From assembly GCA_964535655.1 (NCBI GenBank), contig CAZHTP010000004.1:11108-75107 (forward strand): a stretch of 64,000 nt of DNA, given 5' to 3'. Shown in pieces: positions 8,142 to 16,992 of the stretch. The notes beneath the pieces are model-generated. The model did no database searches. It saw only the letters and a list, made by a program, of their open reading frames with translations, and was not told where the DNA came from. The stretch is from an uncultured Gammaproteobacteria bacterium (lineage in GTDB: Bacteria > Patescibacteriota > Microgenomatia > JALYQM01). The translations under genes were made by a program, and so were the position numbers. Numbering within the stretch: the stretch's first letter is position 1; each line of letters begins with the position of its first letter.

Positions 8142-9794
8142 GTGCAGTTGTTGTGCTGGAGGTTAACCTTCTCGAGAGCCTCGGGGAGGTTTTTTTTGAT
8201 TGAATATTATTCTTCTTTTGAATCTAATGGATATGAGCGGTTAGTTTCCGTCCTTGGAGCGCAAGAATTTTCCACTTTGTTTAGGATAACTCCAGAAGAA
8301 CTGGCTGTGCGAATGCGTTCATTATCTTTGAGACGGCGAAAATTATCTGATAGTGAAGTCGAGAAACGGTACGATGAAGGGTTTTTGAAAATTCACTCGG
8401 TAACACGCGATGTAGAACGATTTCAAGAAGCAGAGATTAGTGTGCAAAAATTGCGAGATGAAATTGCTGGGATTGGTGTTCCTGGCTTTGAGACGCTTCT
8501 TAAAGAGTATTTGTTTGGGAAAAATACTTTTTTTTATAACAAAGTGGTGCAGAATCCCCATACAAAGGAGTTGAAAATTGTCGCGTATGATCCTATTTCT
8601 CATTGTAATGAATCATGGACTCAGGCATGGGAGCGAGAAGATTTGAGGGAGTCGTACCGGCGTTTTATTACTCGTAAAAGTGAAGAAGATCCTCACTATT
8701 CTCGCCGGCTACAATACCGTGATGATTCTGAGCTTGAGCTTATGGATATGCTTCTCGCGCAAGGTGTTTGTTTTATGCAAACACCAAGTTCTGAAAGATC
8801 GCCAATTATTATGTCCTTAAGTCCTGCTCCTAAACCAAGTAAATACGCGCGGGATATGGGATATGCAAGCTGGTGGACGAAGCGACTTTCGCATTGGAGA
8901 AGTTATGGTTTTGAAATGACTGAGGGGGGGGTGTTGATTCATGCCTCTACGGTGTTTACGTATAGAAATATTAACCGAATGCGGCATTTAATGAAGGAAG
9001 TTGTTCATAGAGAAAATGAATCAGCAATTCGCAAGCTATCGATTATTTCTGATGATAGGGAATTGCTTGCAACTCCGTTTGTATCGCGGTTTGAACAGGC
9101 AGGACGAACAGACTTAGTAGCCGTGACTGAGCAGATTGATACTTCACTGAATAGTGATTCCGCCTGGTATGATCCACTATTCGTTTTTTCCGAGAAAGCT
9201 ACCCGTTGGCATAATGCTAAACGACTTACTGATGCAATTGTCGAAGAGAGGATTTTGGGAGAACTATTTCAAAAATATCTGCTTGAATATTATGCGGTAC
9301 TGCTTGCATGTAAAGGGAAGCCAGATCCTTATTTACTTCAGGAGATACTTATTGAAATGCGTGATGCGGCCTTTGAACTATACAGTGATGCGATGGCTGA
9401 TGCTGTTATCTCTTCCTCTACAAAAAGTCTTGATCGAGAAAAAATTAAGTTGGGATTTATAGCGAGCGCAAAAATTCGCGGGGAGGGAGGTAATTGTCCT
9501 ACTCTGAAGAAATTGCGTCGTGTGCAAAATGCTGATGATGAAGGGAATACTGATTATTCGGATGAAGAAAGCTGCCTACTTCAGTGTAGAGGTAAAAAAC
9601 TAGATACTCTTTTGGATCTTGTAGTAGATTGTCATTGGAGTGCGCGTGCTGAGAAGGGGAAAGTGTACAAAGAATGTCCTGATTGTGGTTGGTATCCAGG
9701 GAAAGTTCAGAATTTTGATTTTGTAAAGACATTACTTGAGCCCCTTGTACTCGACTTAGGTTCAAGAAATTATGAAATGGTATATGTTAGGTAA
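8142..9794 (+). CDS. Hypothetical protein with C-terminal Cys4 zinc-ribbon (CLLQC..CPDCGWY); start uncertain
   Basis: Long ORF with no motif I recognise apart from the C-terminal CxxC..CxxC. The track start overlaps the upstream terminator, so the true start is probably downstream (TTG at about 8199 or ATG at about 8316). Confidence 0.35.
   Translation: MQLLCWRLTFSRASGRFFLIEYYSSFESNGYERLVSVLGAQEFSTLFRITPEELAVRMRSLSLRRRKLSDSEVEKRYDEGFLKIHSVTRDVERFQEAEISVQKLRDEIAGIGVPGFETLLKEYLFGKNTFFYNKVVQNPHTKELKIVAYDPISHCNESWTQAWEREDLRESYRRFITRKSEEDPHYSRRLQYRDDSELELMDMLLAQGVCFMQTPSSERSPIIMSLSPAPKPSKYARDMGYASWWTKRLSHWRSYGFEMTEGGVLIHASTVFTYRNINRMRHLMKEVVHRENESAIRKLSIISDDRELLATPFVSRFEQAGRTDLVAVTEQIDTSLNSDSAWYDPLFVFSEKATRWHNAKRLTDAIVEERILGELFQKYLLEYYAVLLACKGKPDPYLLQEILIEMRDAAFELYSDAMADAVISSSTKSLDREKIKLGFIASAKIRGEGGNCPTLKKLRRVQNADDEGNTDYSDEESCLLQCRGKKLDTLLDLVVDCHWSARAEKGKVYKECPDCGWYPGKVQNFDFVKTLLEPLVLDLGSRNYEMVYVR
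8176..8198 (+). terminator. Intrinsic-terminator-like GC hairpin (GCCUC-GGG-GAGGU) followed by U8
   Basis: agcctcggggaggt followed by tttttttt at 8191-8197. It lies immediately upstream of the most plausible start of the 8142..9794 ORF. Confidence 0.4.
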
Positions 9795-10459
9795 AGACTA
9801 GCGATAAGATAATAAAGCGGATAAATAAGCGAGATGGTGACAAGATTGATATTGGGAGTTGGTAATTGCATCATTAAAATTAGGTAGGAAATAAACCAGA
9901 GCAGGGTTAGTACTACGGTACTTCCTTGCATTTGTTTAGTTCTTGATGGATATAAAAACTTAATAGGGATGAAAACTAGAATTGAGCAGGCGAGTAGTGT
10001 TATACTTGTCGCCAGTGATGACAGATTGGCGACAATCGCGTAAAAGGCAATGATATTCCAATAATCAGGGAATCCGAGGAAATAATAATTTTTATTGTCT
10101 GTTTTTGCGTCTGAGCGGCAGAATTGATAGCACGATGAAAGTAATATGGTAGAGATAATTATTAAGCCTATATTATTATGCGGAATATATCCTCCTGTCC
10201 AAAAAAGCACGGCAGGAGCAAATGCATAGGTGAGAAAATCTACAATATTGTCCAAGGTTGCTCCATCAAACCACGGCAGATTCTTTTTTACGTCAAACTT
10301 TCTGGCTAAATAGCCATCAGTTCCATCAATTATCATGGCTGAGAGCGTTAGCCAAAGAAATGAAGATGTGTTGTGCTCAATTGCTGCTATTACCATTAAG
10401 AAGGCTAAAACCGCTCCACAGGCAGTATAAATGTGTACTAGCATTGCTGGAAACTTCAT
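9770..10459 (-). CDS. CDP-alcohol phosphatidyltransferase family protein
   Basis: DGTDGYLARKF..FDGATLDNIVD matches the D-G-x2-A-R...G-x3-D-x3-D signature. Multiple TM helices. Confidence 0.75.
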   Translation of the reverse strand: MKFPAMLVHIYTACGAVLAFLMVIAAIEHNTSSFLWLTLSAMIIDGTDGYLARKFDVKKNLPWFDGATLDNIVDFLTYAFAPAVLFWTGGYIPHNNIGLIIISTILLSSCYQFCRSDAKTDNKNYYFLGFPDYWNIIAFYAIVANLSSLATSITLLACSILVFIPIKFLYPSRTKQMQGSTVVLTLLWFISYLILMMQLPTPNINLVTISLIYPLYYLIASLYLTYTIS

Positions 10460-10530
10460 GGGTCAAGAGTAATTGCTTTGAGCTTGTGAGTCAAGGAGTC
10501 TCTTTGAGGTTTTGTTCAACTCCAGTATAA

Positions 10531-11463
10531 TTGACTACTATGGAATCTTTTGAAGACCTGATACGAAGATATGCAGTAAAATCGGCAGAGGAAATTAGGC
10601 CTGTGCCGGTTGAGTCTATTCTATCTACTTTTACTTACACTCCACTTTCGAGTGGTACTTTTTTTCGGGTCTTTAAAATTAAGGATGAACCGTGGGTTCT
10701 TAAAGAAGGGAAGTGGGATGTTCACTTACATTTGCACGATAAAATTAAGTTACCTATGCCTCCTGCTGTTACTGATGGCGTTTTAAAACGATTCTCATCG
10801 CAGATTTTACCTACACTTGAAGAAGTAAAGCGGCAATATGAAACCTATTTGAAATTTGTTGAATATTTTGGCTTTTTTAGTTCAAATGATGATATTTTTC
10901 TTGTTCATACTGATGATTGCCTTGCGTCGCAACGAAGAGTTCGAGATTCTCTCGTTTCGTTACTTCCTGCTATAGAAAAATTTTATGATATCGCGATTTC
11001 GCGAAAAATAGAGCCAATTTTAGCCTCTGATTTACGTTATTATAATTTTCTTCCTAAAGAGTATAGTTTTTATGGTGCTTCGATATCTCCAGAAAATAAT
11101 GGTCATGACACCATATATATTGTACAGGAGTTTGTTTCTGGTATAACATTACATGATATACGTCGCAAGAACATGTCGTATGCTCAGAAGGCACAATTAA
11201 TTTTAATTATTTATCTTATTCTTGTTATGCATTATGAAATTCGATTGTTGCCTGATACTCGACCGCGATACCCTGTGTTTGAGTTATTTGATTGGCTTCC
11301 TAAAACCGATAATATTATTTTGTCTGATGATGGTGTTCGGTTTGTGGATACGCGTTGGTTCTGGGAAACGCAGGCTAATTTTGTCAAAAGAGGTATGGTT
11401 ATACCTGAGCTTTCACTTAATGCGTCGAAACATTACTTGAATCGTTTACTTGAAACGTTATAG
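10531..11463 (+). CDS. Hypothetical protein, possibly protein-kinase-like fold
   Basis: VLKEG (beta3 Lys), IYIVQEFVSGITL (hinge-like) and TDNIILSDDGVRFVDT (catalytic loop / DFG-like) resemble atypical kinases. Weak. Confidence 0.3.
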   Translation: MTTMESFEDLIRRYAVKSAEEIRPVPVESILSTFTYTPLSSGTFFRVFKIKDEPWVLKEGKWDVHLHLHDKIKLPMPPAVTDGVLKRFSSQILPTLEEVKRQYETYLKFVEYFGFFSSNDDIFLVHTDDCLASQRRVRDSLVSLLPAIEKFYDIAISRKIEPILASDLRYYNFLPKEYSFYGASISPENNGHDTIYIVQEFVSGITLHDIRRKNMSYAQKAQLILIIYLILVMHYEIRLLPDTRPRYPVFELFDWLPKTDNIILSDDGVRFVDTRWFWETQANFVKRGMVIPELSLNASKHYLNRLLETL

Positions 11464-11994
11464 CGGGGCACTGTCTAAATGTAGTAAATATCCAATAAAC
11501 TTACTAATAATGTGTAAAAAAAAGAAAAGCAGTAAGGTTATTAATAGAAAACCGGCACGGTAATCAATAATATTTGAGGTTGCAATAAGTGCACCTGAAA
11601 TCCAATCGAGTTGATCGAAAGGCATCCAAGAATCTCCTGGTTTTACCTGGAATTGTCTCTTAAAAAAGCTTTTTAGCGCGTCGCCGGTAACCGCTCCTAA
11701 TCCTAAAAGTAAACCGAAATAATACGGTAGGGTGTCATAATTTATATAGCTAATAGAATAGAAAAAAGAATTACTGTATAGGGCGATTTGGAATAAGTAA
11801 ATGATTCCGGCGCAAAGAATTCCAAACGTAAAACCTCGAATTGTTTTATGGTCACCAAGGACTCGAATACCGCGGAACTTTTTATTGCAGTCGAGTGGAT
11901 AGGTCCATTGCGGAAAAAACTTAGCAGAGAGCGCCGCCCCGATATTTGCAAAAGCAGCTGGGAGAAAAAGGTATAAAATGGTAATGATAGTCAT
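11458..11994 (-). CDS. CDP-archaeol synthase (CarS/DUF46) family membrane protein
   Basis: LPAAFANIGAAL..PLDCNKKFRGIRVLGDHKTIRGF and GAVTGDALKSFFKRQ..PFDQLD match conserved blocks of the CarS/CdsA-related DUF46 family. Confidence 0.55.
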   Translation of the reverse strand: MTIITILYLFLPAAFANIGAALSAKFFPQWTYPLDCNKKFRGIRVLGDHKTIRGFTFGILCAGIIYLFQIALYSNSFFYSISYINYDTLPYYFGLLLGLGAVTGDALKSFFKRQFQVKPGDSWMPFDQLDWISGALIATSNIIDYRAGFLLITLLLFFFLHIISKFIGYLLHLDSAPL

Positions 11995-12010
11995 AAGATT
12001 TGTTAGTGTG

Positions 12011-12571
12011 TTATTTATCTACTGTTAACTTTACTATTTGTTCTACTATTTCATTGAAATTAGTATCAGTAACTGTGAATATTTTTTTATAGAGTTTTTC
12101 AATTTGAATGAAATATTCTAATTCTTCTTTTTCATGCTCTAGTCGGTTTTCAATACTTTCTGGTGGGTCACCACGGAAATTCATACGCTTAATTAGTAGC
12201 TGTTCGCTTTCTGGTTTTAAATAAATGGCAATTGTGTTGGGGTAGGCATTTAAAAATTGTGGAACAACTGTGGGTACTACAACTGTGATAGGAATGCGAT
12301 TATTAGCCGTAATCTCTTCAACCAGTCTTTTTTCAAAACCTCTCCAGCACCCAAGGGCAAAGGCTGATGTAATAAATTTATTTTGCTTTTCTCGCTCTTT
12401 GTATTCTTTCTCCGTGATAAAATTGTAATCTACTCCGTTTTCTTCGCCCCTTCGAATTGGCCTGGTAATGGTTGATTGTATTCGTTCAAAACGATGGTTG
12501 GCAATTAAGTACTTTTCAAGGTAGGTTTTTCCGACACCTGATGGTCCAGATATGATTAACGGGTGCATCAT
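12011..12571 (-). CDS. Guanylate kinase-like P-loop kinase (paralog)
   Basis: ISGPSGVGKTY is a P-loop. STITRPIRRGEENGVDYNF matches the Gmk S/TTRxPRxGE motif. The track start 12670 (TTG) adds 33 unlikely residues; ATG-ATG at 12571 is the likely start. Confidence 0.55.
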   Translation of the reverse strand: MMHPLIISGPSGVGKTYLEKYLIANHRFERIQSTITRPIRRGEENGVDYNFITEKEYKEREKQNKFITSAFALGCWRGFEKRLVEEITANNRIPITVVVPTVVPQFLNAYPNTIAIYLKPESEQLLIKRMNFRGDPPESIENRLEHEKEELEYFIQIEKLYKKIFTVTDTNFNEIVEQIVKLTVDK

Positions 12572-12589
12572 GATGAATATTTTACCATG

Positions 12590-13720
12590 TATTTTATTGA
12601 ATAAGTTCAGATAGATAGTAAACGGTTGTAAGTACTTGAGAGAGAGAATAAACAACCAAAGCAGGTACAATGGGAGCCATATGAAATATGGCTCAAAGTT
12701 ACCAGGAATAACAGAAATATCACGAATTCATGAAGTGTCAAAAGAGGCAAAGAAACGGCTTGAATGGATAGAGTGGTATCGGAGCCATGAGGAGAATGCA
12801 GAACTGACGTGTCGTCACTTCGGTATTTCAAAGCGAACATTTTACAAATGGAAGAATGTGTACAATCATAAAAATCTTCAATCACTTGAGAGTCGATCAA
12901 AGCGGCCACATAGATTACGACAGGAAGTAATTGATCCTGAGCTGGTAAAACACATTGTAGCGCTTAAGAAACAGTATCCACGATGGGGTAAGAAAAAGAT
13001 TGAAGTGCTTCTAAAAAGAGAGTATCCCACCGTCATTATTTCAGAGTCAAGCATTGGACGAATACTGCAGCGACGAGGCTTGGTTCATATGTTTGGAAAA
13101 GTAACAAAAGGGAGGAAACGAGGCAAGCTACAAGGAGCGAGAGCACGGTCAACAAGGGAAGATCGAGATCATTCACCAGGACACATGGTACAAGTCGATG
13201 TAAAATTTTTACGTATTTTAACCCGATGGTTTTATCTGTTTACTGCAATCGACACTAAGACTCGTATACGAGTCACACGGGTATATCCAAAGCATTCATC
13301 AGCCTGTGGCGAACAGTTTCTCACGGTACTGAATGACCAGTATGAGAATGCTTACTTCCAGTTTTCTCTTGAAGGTTACCAAACAGATAATGGTTCAGAG
13401 TTTTTAGAAAAGTTTCATGCTTGGATTGAAGAGCATAAAAAGAAACATTATTTTACGTACCCTAACACCCCTCAAATGAATGGACGTGTTGAACGAGTCA
13501 TTAGAACAAACCAGGAAGAGTTTTGGGATTTCCAAGATGAGGTACTTCCGAATCTCAAAACACTCAACCTTCTCGCTCAAGAATCTGATCGTATTTACAA
13601 TACCATCAGACCGCATCAAGCTCTTGGCTATTTGACCCCTATGCAGTATTATGAATCGCTACTTCAAACGGAGGCTACCGTTTACCATGTACTGAACTAG
13701 TACATTTATTTGACATACGC
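12590..13720 (+). mobile_element. IS481-family insertion sequence, single transposase ORF; ends not resolved
   Basis: Contains a DDE/rve transposase. It sits between a gmk-like gene and the gmd operon. Terminal inverted repeats could not be defined by eye. Confidence 0.55.
12681..13700 (+). CDS. IS481-family DDE transposase (HTH + rve integrase core)
   Basis: N-terminal HTH (ISKRTFYKWKNVY). The rve core has D (VDVKF), D (AIDTKTR) and E (QTDNGSEF), and ends with RPHQALGYLTPMQY. The ATG at 12681 is in frame with the track's TTG at 12636. Confidence 0.8.
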   Translation: MKYGSKLPGITEISRIHEVSKEAKKRLEWIEWYRSHEENAELTCRHFGISKRTFYKWKNVYNHKNLQSLESRSKRPHRLRQEVIDPELVKHIVALKKQYPRWGKKKIEVLLKREYPTVIISESSIGRILQRRGLVHMFGKVTKGRKRGKLQGARARSTREDRDHSPGHMVQVDVKFLRILTRWFYLFTAIDTKTRIRVTRVYPKHSSACGEQFLTVLNDQYENAYFQFSLEGYQTDNGSEFLEKFHAWIEEHKKKHYFTYPNTPQMNGRVERVIRTNQEEFWDFQDEVLPNLKTLNLLAQESDRIYNTIRPHQALGYLTPMQYYESLLQTEATVYHVLN

Positions 13721-13738
13721 AGCTTTTTTGAGTAGCAT
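13710..13738 (+). promoter_or_regulatory. Putative promoter TTGACA-17-TAGCAT just after the transposase stop, facing gmd
   Basis: -35 at 13710-13715 is a perfect TTGACA. -10 at 13733-13738. It may lie within, or be created by, the IS right end. Confidence 0.3.
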
Positions 13739-13780
13739 AGCTTCATCTAGATTGTAGAGTTTACATAAAGGAAAAATCAC

Positions 13781-14785
13781 ATGGCTAAAAAGGCGGTAAT
13801 CTTTGGCGTTTCGTCTCAAGATGGCTCGTATCTGGCAGATCTGCTTTTAGAAAAAGGATATGAAGTTATCGGTACAATTCGGCGTTCTACTCACATTCGT
13901 CATCCTAATATTGAACATTTATATGGAAAAATCCGGATTGAGGCTGCGGATTTATTAGATTATGCCAGTATAGAACATGTTATTCGTCGTTATGAACCTG
14001 ATGAGGTTTATAATATCGCGGCGCAATCAGTGCCTGCTGATTCGTGGAGTCACCCGATTTATACTGGAGAGATCACGGCACTTGGCCCAGTGCGTGTATT
14101 TGAGGCAGTACACAAGTTTGTTCCTCATGCGCGAGTTTATCAGGCTACTTCGCGAGAAATTCTTGGAAATATTGAAGCAGATGCAGCAACAGAACAAACC
14201 CCAATCGATGCAAATAATCCATATGGAATTGCCAAAGCATATGCGCATATGATGATTCGTTGCTATCGAGAGTCGTATAACATGTTTACTTGTGGCGGAA
14301 TTTTATTTAATCATGAAAGCCCACGCCGAGGTTTACATTTTGTGACGCGTAAAATTACTGCTGGTGTTGCGTGTATAAAAAATGGGGTTAAGAACCCTCC
14401 CCTTAATGAAATTGGTGAACCACTCGTTGATTCAACTGGAAAACTCCATATGGGATTTTTGGACGCTCAGCGAGATTTTGGGTATGCGAAAGAGTATGTT
14501 GAAGCGATGTGGTTAATGTTGCAAAATAAAGAAGCTAAGGACTATGTGATAGGAACTAATACGTCTCATTCTATTCGAGAGGTATGTAAAGCTGCTTTTG
14601 AACATGTTGGGTTGGATTGGGAAGATCATGTTGTTACCAATGAAAGGCTACTACGTCCAACCGAAATAAAGGTTTTAAAAGGGGACTATTCTTTGGCAGA
14701 GAAAGAGTTGGGCTGGAAACCAAGAACATCGTTTACCGATTTAATAAATATAATGGTAGATGCAGATTTAGAACGATTTAAGTAA
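13781..14785 (+). CDS. gmd: GDP-mannose 4,6-dehydratase
   Basis: MAKKAVIFGVSSQDGSYLADLLLEKGYEV and NPYGIAKAYAHMMIRCYRESYNMFTCGGILFNHESPRRG are near-identical to the Gmd signature blocks. Confidence 0.9.
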   Translation: MAKKAVIFGVSSQDGSYLADLLLEKGYEVIGTIRRSTHIRHPNIEHLYGKIRIEAADLLDYASIEHVIRRYEPDEVYNIAAQSVPADSWSHPIYTGEITALGPVRVFEAVHKFVPHARVYQATSREILGNIEADAATEQTPIDANNPYGIAKAYAHMMIRCYRESYNMFTCGGILFNHESPRRGLHFVTRKITAGVACIKNGVKNPPLNEIGEPLVDSTGKLHMGFLDAQRDFGYAKEYVEAMWLMLQNKEAKDYVIGTNTSHSIREVCKAAFEHVGLDWEDHVVTNERLLRPTEIKVLKGDYSLAEKELGWKPRTSFTDLINIMVDADLERFK

Positions 14786-14787
14786 CT

Positions 14788-15408
14788 ATGAAAAAATGGG
14801 AAGTGCTTGATTCACAACTCGTTTTTGATACCAAATGGTATAAAGTCCGTAAGGATCATGTTCGGACGGAGACCGGGAAAGTTTTTGATGATTATTATTT
14901 GGGTGCACAGCCTGACTTTATAAACCTTGTGCCGGTGTTTGATAACGGTGATATTCTTGTTGATAGACAATATAAGCATGGTGCGGGTGAAATATCTCTT
15001 GAAACTATTGGTGGCGTAATTGAAAAAGGGGAAGATGCTATTGACTGTGCTCGGCGGGAATTACTGGAGGAAACTGGTTATTCTGCTGAAAATATTGAAC
15101 TATTAGGCGTCGTTAACGAAAACCCGACACGGACGGTTAGTAAAACATATGTCTTTTTGGCAACTGGGCTATTTAAAGTTGAGGAATCTAAACTTGACTA
15201 CGATGAGTCGGAAATGGAACTCGTACGTATGCCGCTGGTTGAGTTTATTGGAAGAATTCAGCAAGGAGAGGTCTTTTGCGAGCCGGCTATAGTAAGTGTT
15301 TTTCTTACTAGTTTGAAATTGGGTTTACTTCATGTTGTTACGCCTGAAACTCTAGCAAGAAAGCGACGGTTTAATTGTTTTCCTTTATTATCCCGCTTTT
15401 TTAGGTAA
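14788..15408 (+). CDS. NUDIX hydrolase (possibly GDP-mannose mannosyl hydrolase-like, by context)
   Basis: Nudix box GGVIEKGEDAIDCARRELLEETGY. Position between gmd and the reductase mirrors gmm in GDP-sugar clusters. Confidence 0.7.
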   Translation: MKKWEVLDSQLVFDTKWYKVRKDHVRTETGKVFDDYYLGAQPDFINLVPVFDNGDILVDRQYKHGAGEISLETIGGVIEKGEDAIDCARRELLEETGYSAENIELLGVVNENPTRTVSKTYVFLATGLFKVEESKLDYDESEMELVRMPLVEFIGRIQQGEVFCEPAIVSVFLTSLKLGLLHVVTPETLARKRRFNCFPLLSRFFR

Positions 15409-15411
15409 CCT

Positions 15412-16356
15412 ATGAAAAAAGTTCTTATCACTGGCGTGAGTGGATTTGTAGGAGCTCATTTAGCTCGGGAGCTTGTTTCCCGCCAATATGAAGTTTGGGG
15501 CCTAACGCGAGAAAAAATTGTTCATACTCAGGAAAATGTACAATTTGTTACGGGCGACTTGAAAGATAAACAATCTCTTTATAATGCATTTGTTCAAGTG
15601 CAGCCCGATGCTGTATTTCACCTTGCTGCGCAATCTAAACCAGGATTGTCATTTTCTGATCCGGAAAATACTTTTGAAATTAATACTATTGGTACGTTGC
15701 ATATTCTCGATGTTTTAGGTGGACTGTATTCTCAGTCATATAAACCACGCATGATGCTTGTGGGTACTGCTGAAGAGTATGGAAATGTTCCTCTTGAACA
15801 GCTACCCGTAGTTGAAACTGCTGCCCTTAATCCTAATAACCCATATTCAATCTCTAAAGCGGCAGGGTATTTTTTGGCTATGCAGTATCATAAGTCGTAT
15901 GGGGTGGACGTTATTTATCTTTCGCCGTTTTCGCATACCGGGCCTGGGCAAAAACAAGGATTTTTGATACCTGATGTATGTAAGCAAATTGTAGATATTG
16001 AACGTGGTAAGAAAGAGCCAGTGCTTGTAACGGGAGATTTATCTTCAGAAAAAGATTATACCGATGTTCGTGATATTGTTAAGGGATATGCTCAATTGAT
16101 GTATGAAGGGGTTGGCGGAGAGCGATACAACTTGTGTAGCGGTACTAGTGTGCGCGTATTGGATATTGTTGCACAACTTGTTGCGATGTCGACGATACAG
16201 ATTCAACACCACGTAGATAAAACTAAATTTCGACCAACTGAAGTAACGATAATGCGTGGCAATTATGATAAAATTCATAAGACTACTGGGTGGTTACCAG
16301 AAATCCCTTTAGCAAAAACTTTGCAAGATTCTCTGGAATGGTGGAGAAAACAATAG
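15412..16356 (+). CDS. NAD-dependent epimerase/dehydratase (extended SDR); GDP-4-keto-6-deoxy-D-mannose reductase (Rmd)-like
   Basis: VLITGVSGFVGAHLAREL Rossmann motif and YSISKAAGYFLAMQY (YxxxK) are extended-SDR hallmarks. Operon context with gmd. Confidence 0.6.
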   Translation: MKKVLITGVSGFVGAHLARELVSRQYEVWGLTREKIVHTQENVQFVTGDLKDKQSLYNAFVQVQPDAVFHLAAQSKPGLSFSDPENTFEINTIGTLHILDVLGGLYSQSYKPRMMLVGTAEEYGNVPLEQLPVVETAALNPNNPYSISKAAGYFLAMQYHKSYGVDVIYLSPFSHTGPGQKQGFLIPDVCKQIVDIERGKKEPVLVTGDLSSEKDYTDVRDIVKGYAQLMYEGVGGERYNLCSGTSVRVLDIVAQLVAMSTIQIQHHVDKTKFRPTEVTIMRGNYDKIHKTTGWLPEIPLAKTLQDSLEWWRKQ

Positions 16357-16371
16357 TTCTTATATCTCATT

Positions 16372-16992
16372 ATGAAACGACGACTTATTATGATCTGTGG
16401 TATTAGTGGTGTTGGTAAAACGACCTTAACAGGAGAAGTCATTAGGTGTTTTGATTCCTTACGGTATCTTCAAACTTATTCTACACGAGCACCGCGAACA
16501 GGGGAGGATACTACGTTTGAGCATATGTTTGTATCCCGAGAACGTTATGATTTTTTACGTTCACAATCTACTAATTGGAACCACTTGGATATTTATGAAA
16601 CATATTATGGGATAGATATTGAAGCACAACTTAAACGTTATTCTACAATTCAAAACTTTATTACTATTGTTTCGCCAGTTTCGTCGTATTTGGATGAATT
16701 GCGGAAGCAATTTCCCGGAGACAGTTATCTTATTTATTTCGATGTCGACCATGAAATTGCCTCACTACGCCTGCTAGAAGGTAGACCGATATCTGAAAAA
16801 GCCCGGATTTCTGTAGATACTCAATTAGCTCTCTCTTCCATTAAATCTTCAGCTGATTTTGTCTTTACTCCTAAGCATCGACTTGATGAAGACATAGCAT
16901 CTTTTACTGATTTAATCCGATCACTTCTTTTGGTATCATCCTTGGATGAATATGGAAGAACAAGTTCAAAAGAGGAAACGAGAGCATCTTGA
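16372..16992 (+). CDS. gmk: Guanylate kinase
   Basis: ICGISGVGKTTL is a P-loop. YSTRAPRTGEDTTFEHMFVSRERYDF and ETYYGI (the YGT-like block) match Gmk better than the paralog at 12011..12571. Confidence 0.6.
   Translation: MKRRLIMICGISGVGKTTLTGEVIRCFDSLRYLQTYSTRAPRTGEDTTFEHMFVSRERYDFLRSQSTNWNHLDIYETYYGIDIEAQLKRYSTIQNFITIVSPVSSYLDELRKQFPGDSYLIYFDVDHEIASLRLLEGRPISEKARISVDTQLALSSIKSSADFVFTPKHRLDEDIASFTDLIRSLLLVSSLDEYGRTSSKEETRAS

Noticed and set aside
12572-13760. Terminal inverted repeats / target-site duplication of the IS481 element
   Set aside because: Only a near-palindromic TACCATGTA appears near both ends. This is not a convincing IR pair, so the boundaries are left approximate.
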